A DNA stretch of 64,000 bases from Eledone cirrhosa (taxonomy: Eukaryota), in contig OZ024751.1 in NCBI GenBank assembly GCA_964016885.1, positions 1,922,001-1,986,000 of the forward strand, given 5' to 3'. The translations under genes and the position numbers were made by a program. The notes under the pieces were generated by a model. It was not told the DNA's origin. It made no database searches and saw only the letters and a program-made list of their open reading frames with translations. Shown piece after piece: positions 24,400-36,400 of this stretch. The stretch's first letter is position 1. Each line of letters opens with the position of its first letter.

Positions 24400-27300
24400 G
24401 TGTTGTTGGTGTTACTGTTGTTGGTGTTGTTAGTATTACTGTTGTTGGTGTTGGTGGTGTTACTGTTGTTGGTGTTGTTGGTGTTACTGTTGTTGGTGTT
24501 GTTGGTGTTACTGTAGTTGGTGTTGTTAGTGTTACTGTTGTTGGTGTTGTTGGTGTTACTGTTGTTGGTGTTGTTGGTGTTACTGTTGTTGGTGTTGTTG
24601 GTGTTACTGTTGTTGGTGTTGGTGGTGTTACTGTTGTTGGTGTTGGTGGTGTTACTGTTGTTGGTGTTGTTGGTGTTACTGTTGTTGGTGTTGTTGGTGT
24701 TACTGTTGTTGGTGTTGTTGGTGTTACTGTTGTTGGTGCTGTTAGTATTACTGTTGTTGGTATGGTTGGTGTTACTGTTGTTGGTGTTGTTGGTGTTACT
24801 GTTGTTGGTGTTGTTGGTGTTACTGTTGTTGGTGTTGTTGGTGTTACTGTTGTTGGTGTTGTTGGTGTTACTGTTGTTGATATGGTTGGTGTTACTGTTG
24901 TAGGTGTTGTTGCTGTTACTGTTGTTGGTGTTGTTGGTGTTACTGTTGTTGGTGATGTTAGTATTACTATTGTTGGTGTTGGTGGTGTTACTGTTGTTGG
25001 TGTTGTTGGTGTTACTGTTGTTGGTGTTATTAGTGTTAATGTTGTTGGTGTTGTTTGTGTTACTGTTGTTGGTGTTGTTGGTGTTACTGTTGTTGGTGTT
25101 ATTGGTGTTACTGTTGTTGGTGTTGTTTGTGTTACTGTTGTTGGTGTTGTTGGTGTTACTGTTGTTGGTGTTATTGGTGTTACTGTTGCTGGTGTTGTTG
25201 GTGTTACTGTTGTTGGTGTTGTTAGTGTTACTGTTGTTGGTGTTGTTAGTGTTACTGTTGTTGGTGTTGTTGGTGTTACTGTTGTTGGTGTTGTTAGTGT
25301 TACTGTTGTTGGTGTTGTTAGTGTTACTGTTGTTGGTATTTTTGGTGTTACTGTTGTTGGTGTTGCTGGTGTTACTGTTGTTGGTGTTATTAGTGTTACT
25401 GTTGTTGGTGTTGTTTGTGTTACTGTTGTTGGTGTTGTTGGTGTTACTGTTGTTGGTGTTATTGGTGTTACTGATGTTGGTGTTGTTGGTGTTACTGTTG
25501 TTGGTGTTGTTGGTGTTACTGTTGTTGGTGTTGTTAGTATTAATGTTGTTGGTGTCGTTGGTGTTACTGTTGTTGGTGTTGGTGGTGTTACTGTTGTTGG
25601 TGTTGTTGGAGTTACTGTTGTTGTTGTTGTTGGTGTTACTGTTGTTGGTGTTATTGGTGTTACTGTTGTTGGTGTTGTTGGTGTTGTTTGTGTTACTGTT
25701 GTTGGTGTTGTTGGTGTTACTGTTATTGATGTTGTTGGTGTTACTGTTGTTGGTGTTGTTGGTGTTACTGTTGTGGTGTTGTTAGTGTTACTGTTGTTGG
25801 TGTTGTTATTGTTACTGTTGTTGGTTTTGTTGGTGTTACTGTTGTTGGTGTTATTGGTGTTACTGTTGTTGGTGTTGTTGGTGTTACTGTTGTTGGTGTT
25901 GTTGGTGTTACTGTTGTTGGTGTTGTTAGTATTAATGTTGTTGGTGTCGTTGGTGTTACTGTTGTTGGTGTTGGTGGTGTTACTGTTGTTGGTGTTGTTG
26001 GTGTTACTGTTGTTGGTGTTGTTCGTGTTACTGTTGTTGGTGTTGGTGTTACTGTTGTTGGTGTTGTTAGTGTTACTGTTGTTGGTGTTGTTTTTGGTGT
26101 TACTGTTGTTGGTGTTGTTGGTGTTGTTAGTGTTACTGTTGTTGGTTTTGTTGGTGTTACTGATGTTGGTGTTGTCAGTGTTACTGTTGTTGTTGTTGTT
26201 AGTGTTACTGTTGTTGGTGTTGTTTGTGTTACTGTTGTTGGTGTTGTTGATCTTACTGTTGTTGGTGATGTTGGTGTTACTGTTGTTGGTGTTGTTGGTT
26301 TTACTGTTGTTGGTGTTGTTGGTGTTACTGTTGTTGGTGTTGTTGGTTTTGCTGTTGTTAGCGTTGTTGGTGTTACTGTTGTTGGTATTGTTGGTGTTAC
26401 TGTTGTTGGTGTTGTTAGTATTACTGTTGTTGGTGTTGGTGGTGTTACTGTTGTTGGTGTTGTTGGTGTTACTGTTGTTGGTGTTGTTGGTGTTACTGTT
26501 GTTGGTGTTGTTAGTGTTACTGTTCTTGGTGTTGTTGGTGTTACTGTTGTTGGTGTTGTTGGTGTTACTGTTGTTGGTGTTGTTGGTGTTACTGTTGTTG
26601 GTGTTGGTGGTGTTACTGTTGTTGGTGTTGGTGGTGTTACTGTTGTTGGTGTTGTTGGTGTTACTGTTGTTGGTGTTGTTGGTGTTACTGTTGTTGTTGT
26701 TGGTGTTACTGTTGTTGGTGTTGTTAGTGTTACTGTTGTTGGTGTTGTTGGTGTTACTGTTGTTGGTGTTGGTGGTGTTACTGTTGTTGGTGTTGTTTGT
26801 GTTACTGTTGTTGGTGTTGTTTGTGTTACTGTTGTTGGTGTTGGTGGTGTTACTGTTGTTGGTGTTGTTGGTGTTACTGTTGTTGGTGTTGTTGGTGTAA
26901 CTGTTCTTGGTGTTGTTGGTGTTACTGTTGTTGGTGGTGTTGGTGTTACTGTTGTTGGTGTTGTTAGTGTTAATGTTGTTGGTGTTGTTAGTGTTACTGT
27001 TGTTGGTGTTGTTGGTGTTACTGTTGTTGGTGTTGTTGGTGTTACTGTTGTTGGTGTTGTTGGTGTTACTGTTGTTGGTGTTGTTAGTGTTACTGTTGTT
27101 GGTGTTGTTAGTGTTACTGTTGTTGGTGTTGTTGGTGTTACTGTTGTTGGTGTTGTTGGTGTTACTGTTGTTGGTGTTACTAGTGTTACTATTGTTGGTG
27201 TTGTTTGTGTTACTGTTGTTGGTGTTGTTGGTGTTACTGTTGTTGGTGTTATTGGTGTTACTGTTGTTGGTGTTGTTGGTGTTACTGTTGTTGTTGTTGG

Positions 27301-30300
27301 TGTTACTGTTGTTGGTGTTGTTAGTGTTACTGTTGTTGGTGTTGTTGGTGTTACTGTTGTTGGTGTTGGTGGTGTTACTGTTGTTGGTGTTGTTTGTGTT
27401 ACTGTTGTTGGTGTTGTTGGTGTTACTGTTGTTGGTGTTACTAGTGTTACTATTGTTGGTTTTGTTTGTGTTACTGTTGTTGGTGTTGTTGGTGTTACTG
27501 TTGTTGGTGTTATTGGTGTTACTGTTGTTGGTGTTGTTGGTGTTACTGTTGTTGGTGTTGTTAGTGTTACTGTTGTTGGTGTTGTTAGTGTTACTGTTGT
27601 TGGTGTTGTTGGTGTTACTGTTGTTGGTGTTGTTGGTGTTACTGTTGTTGGTGTTGTTAGTATTACTGTTGTTGGTGTTGGTGGTGTTACTGTTGTTGGT
27701 GTTGTTGGTGTTACTGTTGTTGGTGTTGTTGGTGTTACTGTTGTTGGTGTTGTTAGTGTTACTGTTGTTGGTGTTGTTGGTGTTACTGTTGTTGGTGTTG
27801 TTGGTGTTACTGTTGTTGGTGTTGTTGGTGTTACTGTTGTTGGTGTTGGTGGTGTTACTGTTGTTGGTGTTGGTGGTGTTACTGTTGTTGGTGTTGTTGG
27901 TGTTACTGTTGTTGGTGTTGTTGGTGTTACTGTTGTTGGTGTTGTTGGTGTTACTGTTGTTGGTGCTGTTAGTATTACTGTTGTTGGTATGGTTGGTGTT
28001 ACTGTTGTTGGTGTTGTTGGTGTTACTGTTGTTGGTGTTGTTGGTGTTACTGTTGTTGGTGTTGTTGGTGTTACTGTTGTTGGTGTTGTTGGTGTTACTG
28101 TTGTTGATATGGTTGGTGTTACTGTTGTAGGTGTTGTTGCTGTTACTGTTGTTGGTGTTGTTGGTGTTACTGTTGTTGGTGATGTTAGTATTACTATTGT
28201 TGGTGTTGGTGGTGTTACTGTTGTTGGTGTTGTTGGTGTTACTGTTGTTGGTGTTATTAGTGTTAATGTTGTTGGTGTTGTTTGTGTTACTGTTGTTGGT
28301 GTTGTTGGTGTTACTGTTGTTGGTGTTATTGGTGTTACTGTTGTTGGTGTTGTTTGTGTTACTGTTGTTGGTGTTGTTGGTGTTACTGTTGTTGGTGTTA
28401 TTGGTGTTACTGTTGCTGGTGTTGTTGGTGTTACTGTTGTTGGTGTTGTTAGTGTTACTGTTGTTGGTGTTGTTAGTGTTACTGTTGTTGGTGTTGTTGG
28501 TGTTACTGTTGTTGGTGTTGTTAGTGTTACTGTTGTTGGTGTTGTTAGTGTTACTGTTGTTGGTATTTTTGGTGTTACTGTTGTTGGTGTTGCTGGTGTT
28601 ACTGTTGTTGGTGTTATTAGTGTTACTGTTGTTGGTGTTGTTTGTGTTACTGTTGTTGGTGTTGTTGGTGTTACTGTTGTTGGTGTTATTGGTGTTACTG
28701 ATGTTGGTGTTGTTGGTGTTACTGTTGTTGGTGTTGTTGGTGTTACTGTTGTTGGTGTTGTTAGTATTAATGTTGTTGGTGTCGTTGGTGTTACTGTTGT
28801 TGGTGTTGGTGGTGTTACTGTTGTTGGTGTTGTTGGAGTTACTGTTGTTGTTGTTGTTGGTGTTACTGTTGTTGGTGTTATTGGTGTTACTGTTGTTGGT
28901 GTTGTTGGTGTTGTTTGTGTTACTGTTGTTGGTGTTGTTGGTGTTACTGTTATTGATGTTGTTGGTGTTACTGTTGTTGGTGTTGTTGGTGTTACTGTTG
29001 TGGTGTTGTTAGTGTTACTGTTGTTGGTGTTGTTATTGTTACTGTTGTTGGTTTTGTTGGTGTTACTGTTGTTGGTGTTATTGGTGTTACTGTTGTTGGT
29101 GTTGTTGGTGTTACTGTTGTTGGTGTTGTTGGTGTTACTGTTGTTGGTGTTGTTAGTATTAATGTTGTTGGTGTCGTTGGTGTTACTGTTGTTGGTGTTG
29201 GTGGTGTTACTGTTGTTGGTGTTGTTGGTGTTACTGTTGTTGGTGTTGTTCGTGTTACTGTTGTTGGTGTTGGTGTTACTGTTGTTGGTGTTGTTAGTGT
29301 TACTGTTGTTGGTGTTGTTTTTGGTGTTACTGTTGTTGGTGTTGTTGGTGTTACTGTTGTTGGTGTTGTTAGTGTTACTGTTGTTGGTTTTGTTGGTGTT
29401 ACTGATGTTGGTGTTGTCAGTGTTACTGTTGTTGTTGTTGTTAGTGTTACTGTTGTTGGTGTTGTTTGTGTTACTGTTGTTGGTGTTGTTGATCTTACTG
29501 TTGTTGGTGATGTTGGTGTTACTGTTGTTGGTGTTGTTGGTTTTACTGTTGTTGGTGTTGTTGGTGTTACTGTTGTTGGTGTTGTTGGTTTTGCTGTTGT
29601 TAGCGTTGTTGGTGTTACTGTTGTTGGTATTGTTGGTGTTACTGTTGTTGGTGTTGTTAGTATTACTGTTGTTGGTGTTGGTGGTGTTACTGTTGTTGGT
29701 GTTGTTGGTGTTACTGTTGTTGGTGTTGTTGGTGTTACTGTTGTTGGTGTTGTTAGTGTTACTGTTCTTGGTGTTGTTGGTGTTACTGTTGTTGGTGTTG
29801 TTGGTGTTACTGTTGTTGGTGTTGTTGGTGTTACTGTTGTTGGTGTTGGTGGTGTTACTGTTGTTGGTGTTGGTGGTGTTACTGTTGTTGGTGTTGTTGG
29901 TGTTACTGTTGTTGGTGTTGTTGGTGTTACTGTTGTTGTTGTTGGTGTTACTGTTGTTGGTGTTGTTAGTGTTACTGTTGTTGGTGTTGTTGGTGTTACT
30001 GTTGTTGGTGTTGGTGGTGTTACTGTTGTTGGTGTTGTTTGTGTTACTGTTGTTGGTGTTGTTTGTGTTACTGTTGTTGGTGTTGGTGGTGTTACTGTTG
30101 TTGGTGTTGTTGGTGTTACTGTTGTTGGTGTTGTTGGTGTAACTGTTCTTGGTGTTGTTGGTGTTACTGTTGTTGGTGGTGTTGGTGTTACTGTTGTTGG
30201 TGTTGTTAGTGTTAATGTTGTTGGTGTTGTTAGTGTTACTGTTGTTGGTGTTGTTGGTGTTACTGTTGTTGGTGTTGTTGGTGTTACTGTTGTTGGTGTT

Positions 30301-30490
30301 GTTGGTGTTACTGTTGTTGGTGTTGTTAGTGTTACTGTTGTTGGTGTTGTTAGTGTTACTGTTGTTGGTGTTGTTGGTGTTACTGTTGTTGGTGTTGTTG
30401 GTGTTACTGTTGTTGGTGTTACTAGTGTTACTATTGTTGGTGTTGTTTGTGTTACTGTTGTTGGTGTTGTTGGTGTTACTGTTGTTGGTG
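24400..30490. repeat. ~3.2 kb tandem duplication (offset 3227, 3242 after a 15-nt indel)
   Basis: ORFs 24762->27989 and 24904->28131 (3227), 26907->30149 (3242). Shared markers are gatatggtt, gtaggt, atttttggt, agcgtt and actagt. Confidence 0.9.
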
Positions 30491-33400
30491 TTATTGGTGT
30501 TACTGATGTTGGTGTTGTTGGTGTTACTGTTGTTGGTGTTGTTGGTGTTACTGCTGTTGGTGTTGTTAGTATTAATGTTGTTGGTGTCGTTGGTGTTACT
30601 GTTGTTGGTATTGGTGGTGTTACTGTTGTTGGTGTTGTTGGAGTTACTGTTGTTGTTGTTGTTGGTGTTACTGTTGTTGGTGTTGGTGTTACTGTTGTTG
30701 GTGTTGTTGGTGTTACTGTTGTTGGTGTTGTTAGTGTTACTGTTGTTGGTGTTGTTAGTGTTAATGTTGTTGGTTTTGCTGGTGTTACTGTTGTTGGTGT
30801 TATTGGTGTTACTGTTGTTGGTGTTGTTGGTGTTACTGTTGTTGGTGTTGTTGGTGTTACTGTTGTTGGTGTTGTTAGTATTAATGTTGTTGGTGTCGTT
30901 GGTGTTACTGTTGTTGGTGTTGGTGGTGTTACTGTTGTTGGTGTTGTTGGTGTTACTGTTGTTGGTGTTGTTCGTGTTACTGTTGTTGGTGTTGGTGTTA
31001 CTGTTGTTGGTGTTGTTAGTGTTACTGTTGTTGGTGTTGGTGTTGGTGTTACTGTTGTTGGTGTTGTTGGTGTTACTGTTGTTGGTGTTGTTGGTGTTAC
31101 TGTTGTGGTGTTGTTAGTGTTACTGTTGTTGGTGTTGTTAGTGTTACTGTTGTTGGTTTTGTTGGTGTTACTGTTGTTGGTGTTGTCAGTGTTACTGTTG
31201 TTGGTGTTGTTAGTGTTACTGTTGTTGGTGTTGTTGGTGTTACTGTTGTTGGTGTTGTTGATCTTACTGTTGTTGGTGATGTTGGTGTTACTGTTGTTGG
31301 TGTTGTTGGTTTTACTGTTGTTGGTGTTGTTGGTGTTACTGTTGTTGGTGTTGTTGGTTTTGCTGTTGTTGGTGTTGTTGGTGTTACTGTTGTTGGTATT
31401 GTTGGTGTTACTGTTGTTGGTGTTGTTAGTATTACTGTTGTTGGTGTTGGTGGTGTTACTGTTGTTGGTGTTGTTGGTGTTACTGTTGTTGGTGTTGTTG
31501 GTGTTACTGTTGTTGGTGTTGTTAGTGTTACTGTTCTTGGTGTTGTTGGTGTTACTGTTGTTGGTGTTGTTGGTGTTACTGTTGTTGGTGTTGTTGGTGT
31601 TACTGTTGTTGGTGTTGGTGGTGTTACTGTTGTTGGTGTTGGTGGTGTTACTGTTGTTGGTGTTGTTGGTGTTACTGTTGTTGGTGTTGTTGGTGTTACC
31701 GTTGTTGGTGTTGTTGGTGTTACTGTTGTTGGTGTTGTTAGTATTACTGTTGTTGGTATGGTTGGTGTTACTGTTGTTGGTGTTGTTGGTGTTACTGTTG
31801 TTGGTGTTGTTGGTGTTACTGTTGTTGGTGTTGTTAGTATTACTATTGTTGGTGTTGGTGGTGTTACTGTTGTTGGTGTTGTTGGTGTTACTGTTGTTGG
31901 TGTTGTTAGTATTACTGTTGTTGGTGTTGGTGGTGTTACTGTTGTTGGTGTTGTTGGTATTACTGTTGTTGTTGTTGTTGGTGTTACTGTTGTTGGTGTT
32001 GTTAGTGTTACTGTTGTTGGTGTTGTTGGTGTTACTGTTGTTGGTGTTGGTGGTGTTACTGTTGTTGTTGTTGTTTGTGTTACTGTTGTTGGTGTTGTTT
32101 GTGTTACTGTTGTTGGTGTTGGTGGTGTTACTGTTGTTGGTGTTGTTGGTGTTACTGTTGTTGGTGTTGGTGGTGTTACTGTTGTTGGTGTTGTTGGTGT
32201 TACTGTTGTTGGTGTTGTTGGTGTTACTGTTGTTGGTGTTGTTGGTGTTAATGTTGTTGGTGTTGTTGGTGTTACTGTTGTTGGTGTTATTGGTGTTACT
32301 GTTGTTCGTGTTGTTGGTGTTACTGTTGTTGGTGTTGTTGGTGTTACTGTTGTTGGTGTTATTAGTGTTACTATTGTTGGTGTTGTTTGTGTTACTGTTG
32401 TTGGTGTTGTTGGTGTTACTGTTGTTGGTGTTATTGGTGTTACTGATGTTGGTGTTGTTGGTGTTACTGTTGTTGGTGTTGTTGGTGTTACTGTTGTTGG
32501 TGTTGTTAGTATTAATGTTGTTGGTGTCGTTGGTGTTACTGTTGTTGGTATTGGTGGTGTTACTGTTGTTGGTGTTGTTGGAGTTACTGTTGTTGTTGTT
32601 GTTGGTGTTACTGTTGTTGGTGTTATTGGTGTTACTGTTGTTGGTGTTGTTGGTGTTGTTTGTGTTACTGTTGTTGGTGTTGTTGGTGTTACTGTTATTG
32701 GTGTTGCTGGTGTTACTGTTGTGGTGTTGTTATTGTTACTGTTGTTGGTTTTGTTGGTGTTACTGTTGTGGTGTTGTTAGTGTTACTGTTGTTGGTGTTG
32801 TTATTGTTACTGTTGTTGGTTTTGTTGGTGTTACTGTTGTTGGTGTTATTGGTGTTACTGTTGATGGTGTTGTTGGTCTTACTGTTGTTGGTGTTGTTGG
32901 TGTTACTGTTGTTGGTCTTGTTAGTATTAATGTTGTTGGTGTCGTTGGTGTTACTGTTGTTGGTGTTGGTGGTGTTACTGTTGTTGGTGTTGTTGGTGTT
33001 ACTGTTGTTGGTGTTGTTCGTGTTACTGTTGTTGGTGTTGGTGTTACTGTTGTTGGTGTTGTTAGTGTTACTGTTGTTGGTGTTGGTGTTGGTGTTACTG
33101 TTGTTGGTGTTGTTGGTGTTACTGTTGTTGGTGTTGTTGGTGTTACTGTTGTTAGTGTTACTGTTGTTGGTGTTGTTGGTGTTACTGTTGTTGGTGGTGT
33201 TGGTCTTACTGTTGTTGGTGATGTTGGTGTTACTGATGTTGGTGTTGTTGGTTTTACTGTTGTTGGTGTTGTTGGTGTTACTGTTGTTGGTGTTGTTTGT
33301 TTTGCTGTTGTTGGTGTTGTTGGTGTTACTGTTGTTGGTGTTGTTGGTGTTACTGTTGTTGGTGTTGTTAGTATTACTGTTGTTGGTGTTGGTGGTGTTA

Positions 33401-36400
33401 CTGTTGTTGGTGTTGTTGGTGTTTCTGTTGTTGGTGTTGTTGGTGTTACTGTTGTTGGTGTTGTTAGTGTTACTGTTGTTGGTGTTGTTGGTGTTACTGT
33501 TGTTGGTGTTGTTGGTGTTACTGTTGTTGGTGTTGTTGGTGTGACTGTTGTTGGTGTTGGTGGTGTTACTGTTGTTGGTGTTGGTGGTGTTACTGTTGTT
33601 GGTGTTGTTGGTGTTACTGTTGTTGGTGTTGTTGGTGTTACTGTTGTTGGTATGGTTGGTGTTACTGTTGTTGGTGTTGTTGCTGTTACTGTTGTTGGTG
33701 TTGTTGGTGTTACTGTTGTTGGTGTTGTTAGTATTACTATTGTTGGTGTTGGTGGTGTTACTGTTGTTGGTGTTGTTGGTGTTACTGTTGTTGGTGTTGT
33801 TAGTATTACTGTTGTTGGTGTTGGTGGTGTTACTGTTGTTGGTGTTGTTGGTGTTACTGTTGTTGTTGTTGTTGGTGTTACTGTTGTTGGTGTTGTTAGT
33901 GTTACTGTTGTTGGTGTTGTTGGTGTTACTGTTGTTGGTGTTGGTGGTGTTACTGTTGTTGGTGTTGTTTGTGTTACTGTTGTTGGTGTTGTTTGTGTTA
34001 CTGTTGTTGGTGTTGTTGGTGTTACTGTTGTTGGTGTTGTTGGTGTTACTGTTCTTGGTGTTGTTGGTGTTACTGTTGTTGGTGGTGTTGGTGTTACTGT
34101 TGTTGGTGTTGTTAGTGTTAATGTTGTTGGTGTTGTTGGTGTTACTGTTGTTGGTGTTGTTAGTGTTACTGTTGTTGGTGTTGTTTGTGTTACTGTTGTT
34201 GGTGTTGGTGGTGTTACTGTTGTTGGTGTTACTGTTGTTGGTGTTGTTGGTGTTACTGTTGTTGGTGTTGTTGGTGTTACTGTTGTTGGTGGTGTTGGTG
34301 TTACTGTTGTTGGTGTTGTTGGTGTTACTGTTGTTGGTGTTGGTGGTGTTACTGTTGTTGGTGTTGTTGGTGTTACTGTTGTTGGTGTTGTTGGTGTTAC
34401 TGTTGTTGGTGTTGTTGGTGTTACTGTTGTTGATGGTGTTGGTGTTACTGTTGTTGGTGTTGTTAGTGTTACTGTTGTTGGTGTTGTTGGTGTTACTGTT
34501 GTTGGTGTTGTTAGTGTTACTGTTGTTGGTGTTGTTGGTGTTACTGTTGTTTGTGTTGTTTGTGTTAATGTTGTTGGTGTTGTTGGTGTTACTGTTGTTG
34601 GTGTTGTTGGTGTTACTGTTGTTGGTGTTGTTCTGTTACTGCTTTGGTGTTGTTGGTGTTACTGTTGTTGGTGTTGTTGGTGTTACTGTTGTTGGTGTTG
34701 TTGGTGTTAGTGTTGTTGGTGTTACTGTTGTTGATGTTATTAGTGTTACTGTTGTTGGTGTTGGTGGTGTTACTGTTGTTGGTGTTGTTAGTGTTACTGT
34801 TGTTGGTGTTGTTGGTGTTACTGTTGTTGGTGTTGTTAGTGTTACTGTTGTTGGTGTTGTTGGTGTTACTGTTGTTGGTGTTGTTTGTGTTAATGTTGTT
34901 GGTGTTGTTGGTGTTACTGTTCTGGTGTTGTTATTGTAACTGTTGTTGGTGTTGTTCTGTTACTGCTTTGGTGTTGTTGGTGTTACTGTTGTTGGTGTTG
35001 TTGGTGTTACTGTTGTTGGTGTTGTTGGTGTTAGTGTTGTTGGTGTTACTGTTGTTGATGTTATTAGTGTTACTGTTGTTGGTGTTGGTGGTGTTACTGT
35101 TGTTGGTGTTGTTGGTGTTACTGTTATTGGTGTTACTATTGTTGGTGTTGGTGGTGTGACTGTTGTTGGTGTTGTTGGTGTTACTGTTGTTGGTGTTGTT
35201 AGTGTTACTGTTGTTGGTGTTGTTAGTGTTACTGTTGTTGGTGTTGTTGGTGTTACTGTTGTTGGTGTTGTTAGTGTTACTGTTGTTGGTGTTGTTATTG
35301 TTACTGTTGTTGGTGTTGCTGGTGTTACTGTTGTTGGTGTTGTTGGTGTTACTGTTGTTGGTGTTGTTGGTGTTACTGTTGTTGGTGTTGTTGGTGTTAC
35401 TGTTGTTGGTGTTATTAGTGTTACTGTTGTTGGTGTTGTTAGTGTTACTGTTGTTGGTGTTGTTGGTGTTACTGTTGTTGGTGTTGTTGGTGTTACTGTT
35501 GTTGGTGTTGTTGGTGTTACGGTTGTTGGTGTTGTTAGTGTTACTGTTGTTGGTGTTGTTAGTGTTACTGTTGTCGGTGTTGTTGGTGTTACTGTTGTTG
35601 GTGTTGTTGGTGTTACTGTTGTTGGTGTTGTTAGTGTTACTGTTGTTGGTGTTGTTAGTGTTACTGTTGTTGGTGTTGTTGGTGTTACTGTTGTTGGTGT
35701 TGTTGGTGTTACTGTTGTTGGTGTTATTAGTGTTACTGTTGTTGGTGTTGTTTGTGTTACTGTTGTTGGTGTTGTTGGTGTTACTGTTGTTGGTGTTATT
35801 GGTGTTACTGTTGTTGGTGTTGTTGGTGTTACTGTTGTTGGTGTTGTTGGTGTTACTGTTGTTGGTGTTGTTAGTGTTACTGTTGTTGGTGTTGTTGGTG
35901 TTACTGTTGTTGTTGTTACTGTTGTTGGTGTTGTTTTTGTTGGTGTTGATGGTGTTGGTGTTACTGTTGTTGGTGTTGTTGGTGTTACGGCTGTTGGTGT
36001 TGTTGGTGTTACTGTTGTTGGTGTTGTTAGTGTTACTGTTGTTGGTGTTGTTGGTGTTACTGTTGTTGGTGTTGTTGGTGTTACTGTTGTTGGTGTTGTT
36101 GGTGTTACTGTTGTTGGTCTTGTTAGTGTTACTGTTGTTGGTGTTGTTGGTGTTACTGTTGTTGGTGCTGTTAGTGTTACTGTTGTTGGCGTTATTGGTG
36201 TTACTGTTGTTGGTGTTGTTGGTGTTACTGTTGTTGGTGTTGTTGGTGTTACTGTTGTTGGAGTTGTTGGTGTTACTGCTGTTGGTGTTGTTGGTGTTAC
36301 TGTTGTTGGTGTTGTTGGTGTTACTGTTGTTGGTGTTGTTAGTGTTGCTGTTGTTGGTGTTGTTTGTGTTACTGTTGTTGGTGTTGTTGGTGTTACTGTT

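Noticed and set aside
34916-34972. Three deletions (net -3) as compensatory frame restoration
   Set aside because: Stops occur between them on both strands (CCA-AAG-CAG-TAA on minus; TAA ending 34939 on plus).
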